This document shows positions 7,848-16,413 of a stretch of 64,000 nucleotides of DNA, one piece after another (within the stretch, counting starts at the first letter, position 1; each line of letters begins with the position of its first letter). The stretch lies in the IMG/VR virus record IMGVR_UViG_3300020036_004254. One strand, given 5' to 3'. Under the pieces are notes generated by a model, which worked only from the letters and a program-made list of their open reading frames with translations, was not told where the DNA came from and ran no database searches. The position numbers were made by a program, and so were the translations under genes. Source of the DNA: a virus. Taxonomy: Duplodnaviria; Caudoviricetes.

Positions 7848-8187
7848 GTCTCAGGGGGTTGTGGACTCGCCCCTTGAGCGTCTTTTTTGTTCAAAACGTA
7901 AACCCAAACGTTGCGCCAAACGCAAAGCGAAACGTTGCCACTCGGTATTTTTGCGCTATGTGCAACTCCTCTGACACTCGCACGGCATCCCCGGAAGCGC
8001 AAGGGTTGTCGTTCCCCCTTGAGCAAACAGAATCCGCCGAACGGCGAGCAACCAAGCGTCGGCGTCTACGGCTCATGCTCTTGCACCTTGGCCACTGGAT
8101 TCTTTCCAGTGCAGTAACCAACATGAGCGAAGCTCAACTAGACGCGATGCTCTTGCTCGTCCACAGTGCAGACCCGAACAAGCTGTA

Positions 8188-8260
8188 GGCTGGCACGGAA
8201 CTTGCAGGCGCACGGGCTGGCACGGAACTTGCAGGCGCACGGGCTGGCACGGTTTTTGCT
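8188..8260 (+). repeat. 27 bp tandem repeat, each unit containing a sigma54 -24/-12 consensus
   Basis: GGCTGGCACGGAACTTGCAGGCGCACG x2 plus GGCTGGCACGGTTTTTGCT; TGGCAC at 8191, 8218, 8245. Confidence 0.85.
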
Positions 8261-8441
8261 TCCCGTGCGTTCATCCCGACGACGGAAAAAAGTTCGGGTT
8301 CCCACTTGCGGAAATGGAATCGCCCCCTTACCCTTCCTGAAGGGCCGAAATGCCCGGCAGGGTTTTTTGACAATCGGGGGAAAAATGTTCGCCCCGAATG
8401 GGCGCGAACCATGTTCCCCCACTTTTCAGGGAGCTACAAAG

Positions 8442-9506
8442 ATGGCGCACGAACTGGAACAGAATGAAGAGGGAACGTCGTTTTTCCAAGTGGTGCGGGA
8501 AGGTGTCGCGCTTGCGTGGCACAATCTCGGCAAGTATTTCACTGCCGACGAACGGCCCAACACAACGGCGGAAGCTCTGAAGCTCTGCCGTGGTGACTTC
8601 GAAGTCGAAGTCAGGCCCCAGACTTACACCGCCTACACTTCCGACGGTGACACATACCAACGGGAAAGCACGCTGTCGGCGGCTATCGTCCGGACGGACA
8701 ACAACGTCGAAGTGGGGAGCGCGACACCGGGATATACGGTGATGCAATTCAGTGAGGCGATGCGGAACCTTGACCCGTTCATCGGGGAAGGGTTGGCGAC
8801 AATCGAGACGGCTGGCGTCTTCCGCAACGGTGACAAGGCTTTCATGCTCATGCGGTGGAATATCGAACGCTTTGGCGACCTTTGCCGGGAAGCGTTCGGG
8901 GACAGCATGCGAGCCTACGGGCTGGCCACGGCATCCCACTCTGGCCGGGACGGTATCTGTTTCTACGATACCGATGTCACCGTGGTGTGCCAGAATACGG
9001 AACGGGCCGCCGTCAATGGGTCCACCTCCAAGTTCATGGCGAAGCACTCGCGCAAGGCTGGGACGCGAGTCGTGGACGGTGTGACCAAGCTTTGGGGCGG
9101 AGTGGTCGCACAGCGTGAGGAAATCGGACGGGCAATCCTTGCCCTCCGTTCCCTGACGTTGGACGAAGCGACCTTCCGGGCAATGGTGCTGGACGTTATC
9201 GCACCACTGCCGCAAGAGTCGAAGAGCTTCGACCCGAGCGCGAAGTTCGCCAACACGATGGTCCGACGGGCAGAGGAAAAGAGGCTTACGCTGTCAAGCC
9301 TCTGGCACAACGCACCGGGACACGTTGGTGACGGGTCGGCTTGGGAAGCGTACAAAGCGGTGACGCATGCCGCCGACCATAGCGGTGTCCTTTGGTCGCC
9401 CCGGTCGCTGGAATCACGGGCCGAGGGACTGCTAGAGGGTCCGATGGTCACCGCCAAGAATGCGGTCTATAACGGACTGCTGGAACTGGCCACGGCAGGG
9501 AAGTAA
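8442..9506 (+). CDS. DUF932/DUF945 family (phage/plasmid-like TIGR03299) protein
   Basis: MAHELE, AWHNLG, VRTD, ETAG, SHSG, VVCQNT, KHS, GSAWEAYKAVT motifs; RBS GGAG before ATG 8442. Confidence 0.85.
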   Translation: MAHELEQNEEGTSFFQVVREGVALAWHNLGKYFTADERPNTTAEALKLCRGDFEVEVRPQTYTAYTSDGDTYQRESTLSAAIVRTDNNVEVGSATPGYTVMQFSEAMRNLDPFIGEGLATIETAGVFRNGDKAFMLMRWNIERFGDLCREAFGDSMRAYGLATASHSGRDGICFYDTDVTVVCQNTERAAVNGSTSKFMAKHSRKAGTRVVDGVTKLWGGVVAQREEIGRAILALRSLTLDEATFRAMVLDVIAPLPQESKSFDPSAKFANTMVRRAEEKRLTLSSLWHNAPGHVGDGSAWEAYKAVTHAADHSGVLWSPRSLESRAEGLLEGPMVTAKNAVYNGLLELATAGK

Positions 9507-9511
9507 GGGAC

Positions 9512-9546
9512 AGCGGGGCAAGGCTTGGACAGCTTGCCCCGCTTTC
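9512..9546 (+). terminator. stem-loop terminator
   Basis: AGCGGGGCAAG/CTTGCCCCGCT inverted repeat right after stop. Confidence 0.6.
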
Positions 9547-10058
9547 CTGCCTCTGGAACATAACTAGTTAGTTATGCGTGACTATTCGTTTAAAGGCGAT
9601 TTAAGGGCCTATCGCCGTTTAGGGCTATAGGGGTAGCCTAAACCCAAACGTGCATACGCTAAGTATATGTGTTTCAACAGGTTACACGCTTTGTGATAGT
9701 GCCTCTGCATACGGATTATGCAGGCTCTAATGCCCGTATAACGCAAGATTTGGCCGAATGTGTGCCTTAATGTTTTATTCGGGAATCGTTCGGTCTATAG
9801 AGTGATAGCACTTTCAGGGAAACCCTTATTGACTTTGGGGCGCGAGTGGTGTACCCGCTCAGAGAAAAGGGCTATATGACTTTATAGGAATATTCGGAAT
9901 ACCCGACCGACATGGGGGCATGGCATATGAAACGAGGTTACGATTTTCAAAAAATATTTCCCAGAATTTTTTTCCCGGGAAACCCAAATCATAAGACGCG
10001 GTGGAATACCCTTGTGTTCAGGAAGTGAATACCCTTGTGTTTGCTGATTGGCAAACAC

Positions 10059-10499
10059 TCACCACTCAAAGGAAAACTGTTCTCCGTTGATGATATCACG
10101 CCAGTGTTCAGGAAGTTGACAGTTGTGTGGAGCGTGGGTGAAGAGGGGAGCGATTTGGAAGTCGTTGTATCCGGCACGACCGCACCCGATGCGAGTGACG
10201 GCGAAGGTGAGGTTTGGGTATTGGTTGGCGTAGTCGAGGAAGGTGGAGACGTAGTTGACGACTGTTTTGAACGGGAGCGTGTTGATGTTTTCGTCTTTGG
10301 TGGGGATGGCGTAGGCTCGTCCTTGGGGACCATGTCCGACTCCACGGACGGCTCCATAGAGGTCAAGGGCGTCTTTAGCGGCACCCGCACCGTGTCGTCC
10401 TGCGAGGTTGGAGCCAAAGACGAAGATAGCGTTGGGGTGTTTCATGAGGGATTCCACGCGGAGTGTTTCGGCGTGGTCGTTGACGGTGAAGCGTTTCAT
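10059..10499 (-). CDS. macro-domain-like phage protein (A1S_2505-type)
   Basis: IFVFGSNLAGRHGAGAA...AYAIPTK...VTRIGCGRAG motifs. Confidence 0.8.
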   Translation of the reverse strand: MKRFTVNDHAETLRVESLMKHPNAIFVFGSNLAGRHGAGAAKDALDLYGAVRGVGHGPQGRAYAIPTKDENINTLPFKTVVNYVSTFLDYANQYPNLTFAVTRIGCGRAGYNDFQIAPLFTHAPHNCQLPEHWRDIINGEQFSFEW

Positions 10500-10669
10500 G
10501 GTTGGATATTGTGTTTTTTCGCCCATTCAATGAGGATGGATTTGAAAGTTTTTCTGTCGATGTATTTTTCTGTATAATCTCCATTGGGTCTAAGCCACGG
10601 GAGGGTGTCTGTCCATTTTTCGTTATGGAGTTCATCAATGAGTATGTTGAGGAGTTCAGTGTCGGTCAT
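10496..10669 (-). CDS. small hypothetical protein (57 aa, MTDTELLNIL...)
   Basis: ATGA coupling at both ends. Confidence 0.65.
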   Translation of the reverse strand: MTDTELLNILIDELHNEKWTDTLPWLRPNGDYTEKYIDRKTFKSILIEWAKKHNIQP

Positions 10670-11001
10670 GGTTGGGCCTCGGGGGTTGACGCTGTCAAAA
10701 TCTGACTGTCAAGTTTTGTGACACACGAGGTCAGCACTTTATTGACGGCATCACAGAGGACGCAGTCGTAGCGTTTGTGGGTGCGGCATCTGCCATAGGT
10801 GGTGAATTCTCGTAGTGTGTTTTTGAGGGTTTGTTGTGCGTTTGTGATGGCGTGATTATAGACCAAGTCACGAAACGTTTCCAGTTCTTGGATGCACCCA
10901 GCACAGGCGAAGTACTCGCCGTCGGGTTCTCCTTTCTCGGGGTAGTCACATCCAAAGCGTTGGGCCAGTGCGAACATCATGTCTCGTTCGGGGGTGGTCA
11001 T
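10666..11001 (-). CDS. hypothetical protein with CxxC motifs
   Basis: 111 aa ORF in coupled operon. Confidence 0.65.
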   Translation of the reverse strand: MTTPERDMMFALAQRFGCDYPEKGEPDGEYFACAGCIQELETFRDLVYNHAITNAQQTLKNTLREFTTYGRCRTHKRYDCVLCDAVNKVLTSCVTKLDSQILTASTPEAQP

Positions 11002-11205
11002 AAATGAATTTCTCTGTTGAGGTGTCCGCGATTAGCCATTAGGATACCTCGGTCCACGCACAGCGGACAGACCGATGATGAATACCATGACGATGAAAAT
11101 GTATGAGAACATTACGGTTGGGCCTCATCGATATTGGAGGTGGTGTGTCCACAGGGGCAGACAAAGAGCCATTCGTAGTCTGGCGGGGTATTGGGGAAGG
11201 TCATT

Positions 11206-11691
11206 TCATGGTGATGAATGTGGGGTGTGTTCCAGAACTTCCACCACGGGTGTTTCGGTGTGGGGAGTGGAGGGTGGACAAAGGGCCATTTCAGTTGTAG
11301 ATTTCTCTGATGGGACAGGGTCAGGTTGTGTAGGGTTGTTTTCATTGCGCCAGTGTTCCCATGAGGGGTGGGTGGCTTTATGGTAAAGCCACGAGGGGTG
11401 TTCGGGTTTGGGGGTGAAGGGCGGGGTCACGATGGGATTTTGACAGCGTTGGCAGAGGGGGACGTAGAGGGTTTCTTCTGGTCCATATTCATTGGTGACG
11501 AGGGCATAGGAGAGGTGTGTTTCACAGAAGTAGAGTCCACAGCCGTATTCCCCGCCAAGTGGGTCACCGCCGCAGACGTATCCAAGTCCTCGGTCGATGG
11601 TGCGTTTACATTTGGGGTGGTCGCAGAAGGCGGGGACGCCGTATCCTACGTCACGTTTCCACTTGTGGTCGTATCCTATAGACCAGCCCAT
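11206..11691 (-). CDS. conserved phage Cys/His-rich protein
   Basis: MGWSIGYD...GYGVPAFCDHPKC...CGLYFC; RBS GGAGG. Confidence 0.7.
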   Translation of the reverse strand: MGWSIGYDHKWKRDVGYGVPAFCDHPKCKRTIDRGLGYVCGGDPLGGEYGCGLYFCETHLSYALVTNEYGPEETLYVPLCQRCQNPIVTPPFTPKPEHPSWLYHKATHPSWEHWRNENNPTQPDPVPSEKSTTEMALCPPSTPHTETPVVEVLEHTPHSSP

Positions 11692-11969
11692 GGAGCCTCC
11701 TGAGGGATTGCCCATTCATCTTGGTATCCAGCGGCTCGAATCAGATTTCGAATCAGGGCATGAATAGTTCTGGCTTCATCTTTTCCGTACATGTTGTACA
11801 GGTGGGCTTCGGTTAAAAACGGTGCCGTTTCGTCTCCGGGTTCGAACATGGGATATTGTTTGGAATGGCCGTTGACTTTGGAGTGTGCCTTAAGATTCAC
11901 ATCGGGCACGTGGGTCATTAGGCGTCTGACGGCGTCTTCGAACGCGGGGCGGTCAAATGATGGAGTCAT
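11676..11969 (-). CDS. hypothetical protein
   Basis: 97 aa, ATGA-coupled. Confidence 0.7.
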   Translation of the reverse strand: MTPSFDRPAFEDAVRRLMTHVPDVNLKAHSKVNGHSKQYPMFEPGDETAPFLTEAHLYNMYGKDEARTIHALIRNLIRAAGYQDEWAIPQEAPWAGL

Positions 11970-12442
11970 GGAATGGGGAAGGGTTTGAGGTCGTGGGGTT
12001 GGTCGTCAATGAGAGTGTGGGGTTTTGCTATCTTGGCGCGAAGAGCATCTGCAAGCGCGTACACACCAGATTCAATACCATCGGCGTGGTGTGGAGAACG
12101 GATGGCACATGCATCCGTAATGACCTTGCGAAGGAACTCCTCTGACAGACTTTGGCGAGCGGAGCATCGCTTGCAAGTGACCCGCCGCTTGTGGCCAATG
12201 AATGACTCGCCACAGTGAATGCAGTTGTTGACGTAGTTCCCGTTCTCGTGCGAGAAGTCCTCGGGCCAGTCACACTCCCGCGCTTCGCGCTCGGGGTCGG
12301 GTTGTTCAGGACCACCCCACCGTTGCCACGGGAGCGGACAGGACCGACCTGTTGCGTGTGGTTCATTGTCGCGGTTCTGTGGGCAGAGTGAGTGAACGCA
12401 GTCACCGTCCTGCCCTGCCGCGCAGAGGGTAAGCGTGGTCAT
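11966..12442 (-). CDS. hypothetical protein with zinc-ribbon (EDFSHENGNY...CxxC...CxxC)
   Basis: ATGA-coupled start at 12442. Confidence 0.7.
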   Translation of the reverse strand: MTTLTLCAAGQDGDCVHSLCPQNRDNEPHATGRSCPLPWQRWGGPEQPDPEREARECDWPEDFSHENGNYVNNCIHCGESFIGHKRRVTCKRCSARQSLSEEFLRKVITDACAIRSPHHADGIESGVYALADALRAKIAKPHTLIDDQPHDLKPFPIP

Positions 12443-12846
12443 GGGTTTTCTCTGGTAAGTTTCATTTTGACACCAACGTAGGCATCGGTGAGGATGTCGT
12501 ATTGGTCTGAGAGGGTGGCAACTTCTTTTTTGAGTCTGGCTATTTCCTCTACGGCGTTGACCACATTCTGAGCAGAGACAAACACACTCAGACCACAAGG
12601 CGGATTGTGGTGATAGCGTGTGGCGACCTCTTCGAGCGAGACTTCGGTGTACGAAGGAATCTTATGAATCGCATCAAATTCTTCTTGGTTTACCGCTCTG
12701 AAACGGACGACATATCTTCCCGAAAGAATATGTTTATTGGCCTCGTAATGGGACAAGGTATATTGAAAGGGGTGTGGTGTTTCGTAATTGTAGAAAATAC
12801 CCCACATTTCAAGGGGTTTCAGCGGGTATAGAAAATCGTTAGTCAT
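12439..12846 (-). CDS. hypothetical protein
   Basis: 135 aa, coupled. Confidence 0.7.
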   Translation of the reverse strand: MTNDFLYPLKPLEMWGIFYNYETPHPFQYTLSHYEANKHILSGRYVVRFRAVNQEEFDAIHKIPSYTEVSLEEVATRYHHNPPCGLSVFVSAQNVVNAVEEIARLKKEVATLSDQYDILTDAYVGVKMKLTRENP

Positions 12847-13219
12847 TGGTGTCTCCTGAGGGTACGTGAAAGAATCCCATTTGACCCCGGTAGGGGGTGA
12901 GTGGGAGTGCGGTGGGGTTTTTCAGAACAAAGCCGTACTTTCCGGTGAACCACGGGCTGTCCGACCGTTCAACACAGTCCGCGATGTCCACGGTTCCGAC
13001 CAACCCGCCCATGGGAAAGGCGTCTGGGTCGGGAAGTGGGATGTTGGGATGGGTGTGCATGACGGTGACGTACCCCATGTGGTCAAACGATTTTCCGGCG
13101 TGGACAAAGAACGTCCCTCGGTGGTTGGTGCGCCACGAGCGATTTTCAATATCTTTGTAGCCGTTGACGATGAGCCACGCCCACGGCTGTCGAATGGTCA
13201 GGGCATTCATTCCATACAC
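12839..13219 (-). CDS. ASCH domain protein
   Basis: ALTIRQPWAWLIVNGYKDIENRSW...HAGK...GGLVGTV...RGQMGFF. Confidence 0.9.
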   Translation of the reverse strand: MYGMNALTIRQPWAWLIVNGYKDIENRSWRTNHRGTFFVHAGKSFDHMGYVTVMHTHPNIPLPDPDAFPMGGLVGTVDIADCVERSDSPWFTGKYGFVLKNPTALPLTPYRGQMGFFHVPSGDTND

Positions 13220-13575
13220 TCGGCAATTTGGTCGGTGATAGTGGTGTAGAAATCGCGCACGGCTTCGTTGAATTCGTTTTTGGTGATGAATTCCATATTA
13301 TCGGATATATTACAACGAGCGTTCGTGTCTAGTTCAATGACGTTGTGTGGGGTGTGTTGAATGGTCCACCCCCGGAGATTGTTCATGGTGTCAATGTGGG
13401 TGATAATTCCGTACATCCACCAACGGTCTGACCCACCGTAACTATTCCGGAACCGAAAACATTTCCCAACGTGTCGCGCTCTCTCAGCCGCTTTTGACGC
13501 TTCTGTATATTCCTTCTCGCGCTTGAGAATATCGTGGGCTTTTTCAACCTGTTGTTTGGTTGGGCGGTTATTCAT
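13207..13575 (-). CDS. hypothetical protein
   Basis: ORF in coupled operon. Confidence 0.7.
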   Translation of the reverse strand: MNNRPTKQQVEKAHDILKREKEYTEASKAAERARHVGKCFRFRNSYGGSDRWWMYGIITHIDTMNNLRGWTIQHTPHNVIELDTNARCNISDNMEFITKNEFNEAVRDFYTTITDQIAECME

Positions 13576-13846
13576 GGTCAAATTCCTCGGCAATGACATC
13601 TTCAATGGCATTCAGAATGGTGGTATCGTTGGTGCCGTTCAGTAAATCTGAGGCGGTCAGGACTTTGACCATGGCCACGCGGTAGATGGAGCGTTCGTGG
13701 TTGCGGATATGGTCTTCAAAGTTATCCAACGTGTTGAACGCTCGTGTCGTGTTTTCTCCAGAGGCTCTGGGACGAGACAGGAGGTTCTGCATGGTGGTGC
13801 GATACGAATCCACCAAATCTTTCAAGTGAATAAGGTCACTGTTCAT
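13568..13846 (-). CDS. hypothetical protein
   Basis: 92 aa, coupled. Confidence 0.7.
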   Translation of the reverse strand: MNSDLIHLKDLVDSYRTTMQNLLSRPRASGENTTRAFNTLDNFEDHIRNHERSIYRVAMVKVLTASDLLNGTNDTTILNAIEDVIAEEFDHE

Positions 13847-14322
13847 AGAGTCCTCATGGGGATAACCAAAAAGTGTGAACGTTCGGATGCTCTGGGGATT
13901 AAGACGCCTCTGGTGCCGCTTCCTTCGTCTCCCCCGTAGACATCCCGGAATCGTCCGGTGCGAATCAGGGCGAGCAAATCGGTTGGACGAATGGACCAGA
14001 TTTCATTCAGGTGTTTCAAATAATACACAAACCAATCAGCGGTACAAACTTGGATGCCGGATTTCTTGCCACGGGACTGGACTTCGATAAAGAGATTGCC
14101 TGTGTCTTTGGTGGGGGTAATCAGCACATCGGTTTTGATTTCGAAGGAGACAGGACCATGGCCAAAGACACTTCCGTTAGGAAAGTTGATGATGCGGTCG
14201 TATCGATTGGTGTCGTTGGAGGCAATGGGTGTTCCATCGTATTCCTGTGCAAACAATGTCACGACTTCGTGTTCCCCGGCTTCTCCGTCTTCAAGGTCTT
14301 GAGAAAAGTTATAGTGGGCCAT
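13843..14322 (-). CDS. PD-(D/E)xK nuclease-like phage protein
   Basis: DLEDG..GE, YD, EIKTD, TGNLFIE, SGI...ADW motifs. Confidence 0.7.
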   Translation of the reverse strand: MAHYNFSQDLEDGEAGEHEVVTLFAQEYDGTPIASNDTNRYDRIINFPNGSVFGHGPVSFEIKTDVLITPTKDTGNLFIEVQSRGKKSGIQVCTADWFVYYLKHLNEIWSIRPTDLLALIRTGRFRDVYGGDEGSGTRGVLIPRASERSHFLVIPMRTL

Positions 14323-14557
14323 CACGGTCCTCGGTAATTTCATTGTAGATAACACTGTAGAGTACACCGAGGGCCACCAGCAACATAAAGTAATCCCCAA
14401 TCCATTCATAAATGTAGAACAGTACCGTATATACAGCAAGAACCACTGCGATAGCAAGGATTGCAAATACACCGACACCAAGAATCACCATACTCGTTAC
14501 TACCAACGCTTTGAGAGAATTCGGGAGCCTGTTATAGAGTGCGTCAAGTTTGTTCAT
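14309..14557 (-). CDS. membrane protein
   Basis: two hydrophobic segments; LKALVVTS motif. Confidence 0.7.
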   Translation of the reverse strand: MNKLDALYNRLPNSLKALVVTSMVILGVGVFAILAIAVVLAVYTVLFYIYEWIGDYFMLLVALGVLYSVIYNEITEDRDGPL

Positions 14558-14781
14558 ATAACGATGATAACCCAAATATAGAAGACAATGAAGATTAACT
14601 CAAAAATTAGCGTGATTTCACCAAACAGGAGATAGGAGGCCCACAACAGTCCAAAAAATGCGCCTAAGAATACAAAGAGAGAGGTGGTGACTACCAAAGC
14701 CCGAAGGGGGCGATTCATGGTTTGCAACCACTTCATAATACGAAGAAGGGTTTTATCAGTGACAATGATTTCTTTAGACAT
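14554..14781 (-). CDS. membrane protein (probable paralog of the adjacent gene)
   Basis: two hydrophobic segments; LRALVVTTS motif. Confidence 0.7.
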   Translation of the reverse strand: MSKEIIVTDKTLLRIMKWLQTMNRPLRALVVTTSLFVFLGAFFGLLWASYLLFGEITLIFELIFIVFYIWVIIVI

Positions 14782-15220
14782 GTGAGGTATTCCGTTTGAG
14801 GTATTGGTCGATAGCTTCGCGGAGATTTTGGCAAATCACTTTCCCTTGTTCAGACACCCAAAACTCTTCTGGGCCTTGGGACAGGGTCGCCCCGTATTCT
14901 CCGGATTCTACCCATGCATCGGTGTAGCCAAGGTCAATCCGTTCTTCCGTTTTGAGGCATTCTTCAAGGCCGTCCAGCAACAGTTTATCCTTGGTCAGTT
15001 CTTGGACTTGGTGTCGCAGGTCTTTGATTTCTCGCCCCAAGGTGCAGTTGCAAATCAATCCTTCTGTTCCCACTCGTGCGTTGTGGTTGCCGTTGCAGAA
15101 AGCCACATGGAGCGTTCCTTCTTCGAGTTTTCTAAACATCCGAATGATGTCTTGTTCATAGGCGGCGATGGTGTTTTCCAACTTTGCCACATATTCTTGG
15201 ATTGTCTCATTTGAGTTCAC
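14774..15220 (-). CDS. hypothetical protein (first gene of leftward operon)
   Basis: GGAGG RBS before GTG 15220; downstream of leftward promoter. Confidence 0.7.
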   Translation of the reverse strand: MNSNETIQEYVAKLENTIAAYEQDIIRMFRKLEEGTLHVAFCNGNHNARVGTEGLICNCTLGREIKDLRHQVQELTKDKLLLDGLEECLKTEERIDLGYTDAWVESGEYGATLSQGPEEFWVSEQGKVICQNLREAIDQYLKRNTSHV

Positions 15221-15246
15221 ATGACCTCCGTCAAGGGTACTCAGGT

Positions 15247-15314
15247 ATAGTATCACCCATTTCGCACTTTGTCAACCCCCACCCCTTGACATCGTGGGGA
15301 CAGGGGTGTATCTT
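15247..15314. promoter_or_regulatory. back-to-back divergent sigma70 promoters
   Basis: minus: TTGACA(15275-15270)-N17-TACTAT; plus: TTGACA(15286)-N17-TATCTT. Confidence 0.8.
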
Positions 15315-15366
15315 CCGGAGTCGGTCAAAAACACCATAAATAAAACGCACCAGAACCGGGAGGAAA

Positions 15367-15606
15367 ATGAAGCGAAGATTTTGGCGGGACGCCTCTCGGC
15401 AACGGAAGGCACAACTGGTATTGTTAACCAAGGCATTTGTATTTCAAATATTTTCGGTTATCATGACATTTGTGTTGGCCTTGGCGATTACCCGGGACAT
15501 GGATATGAGTTTATCTTTTTCTGCGGTGGATATTGCGATGAAAGTCGTGTTATATTACGTGTTTGATGTCAGTTGGACCAAGTTGTTAACCCATTTTAAG
15601 GAGTAA
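15367..15606 (+). CDS. DUF2061-like small membrane protein
   Basis: KAFVFQIFS...KVVLYYVFD..W pattern; GAGG RBS. Confidence 0.7.
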   Translation: MKRRFWRDASRQRKAQLVLLTKAFVFQIFSVIMTFVLALAITRDMDMSLSFSAVDIAMKVVLYYVFDVSWTKLLTHFKE

Positions 15607-15609
15607 GGT

Positions 15610-15906
15610 ATGGTACAGGATACAGTTTCAGCCGTGCAGGACAGTGTGGTAGCCGTTGCCGCCGACAGTGCGGTGGCGGGTTGGGTGATTGCGATTGGCG
15701 GATTAGTGGTAGTGGCCGCTGTTCTCAAGCTGTTGTTTTTCACCAAGGATGCTCCGGGTGAGCCAGTCAACGGTGGTGGCGGTGGTACTGATGAAACGGG
15801 CGGTGGCGAAGCCGAGGTCAGCGATTTGGCCAAGACAGGCGACCGCGCAAAGTCATCTGATGAATCGTTTGGCGGCGGCGTCGGCGGAACGGTTACCGAG
15901 TTCTAA
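15610..15906 (+). CDS. membrane-anchored Gly-rich protein
   Basis: single TM segment then low-complexity tail. Confidence 0.7.
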   Translation: MVQDTVSAVQDSVVAVAADSAVAGWVIAIGGLVVVAAVLKLLFFTKDAPGEPVNGGGGGTDETGGGEAEVSDLAKTGDRAKSSDESFGGGVGGTVTEF

Positions 15907-15907
15907 G

Positions 15908-16093
15908 ATGTCGGGCAATGGAAAGGGGGACGACGGTCGTCCGATGGTCGTCCCCAAGAAGGTGTACGACCAAAATCATGAAAACACGTTTGGAAAACAC
16001 ATACCATGGTGGGAAAGGAGAAAACTAGATGCCACATCCACACAAGAACCGTCCACGCAAGGGGCGACGGAAGATAGGAAGCAAGAAGCGTAA
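15908..16093 (+). CDS. small conserved T4-like phage protein (GKG..RP...FGK)
   Basis: MSGNGKGDDGRPMVV...TFGK. Confidence 0.6.
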   Translation: MSGNGKGDDGRPMVVPKKVYDQNHENTFGKHIPWWERRKLDATSTQEPSTQGATEDRKQEA

Positions 16094-16155
16094 AATGCGC
16101 CGGAATCGACGCAAATAGTGCGCAAGTCTTTAACATTATCAAAACAGGTGATTAT

Positions 16156-16413
16156 ATGAACGATTTGACCCCGCAGAACAAGAAAGAATTGTTGGAATCC
16201 TTGAGAATTATCGACGCGGCCATGCATCGTGCTGACGCCGAGCGAACTTTAATCAAGACAGAGAAGAAAAAAATTCGTGAAGCCTTGGATTTGAAGACCA
16301 AAGTTGTGAATCGTCTGGCCAAAGCCTTTTTCCGTTCGAATTTTACCGAGGAAAAGGACGAATTTGAGGAGTTTGAGAACATTTTCAAGGCTGTGTTACC
16401 CAATGCAACTTGA
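16156..16413 (+). CDS. dsbA: T4 DsbA-like dsDNA-binding protein
   Basis: 85 aa helical, ...RADAERTLIK...VVNRLAKAFFRSNF.EE...FE pattern. Confidence 0.7.
   Translation: MNDLTPQNKKELLESLRIIDAAMHRADAERTLIKTEKKKIREALDLKTKVVNRLAKAFFRSNFTEEKDEFEEFENIFKAVLPNAT

Noticed and set aside
8188-8260. Possible mini CRISPR array
   Set aside because: Repeats are head-to-tail with no unique spacers, and there are no cas genes in the window.
8166-8441. N-terminal extension of the DUF932 ORF (446 aa call)
   Set aside because: It runs through the tandem repeat and promoter; the family-typical start MAHEL with an RBS is at 8442.
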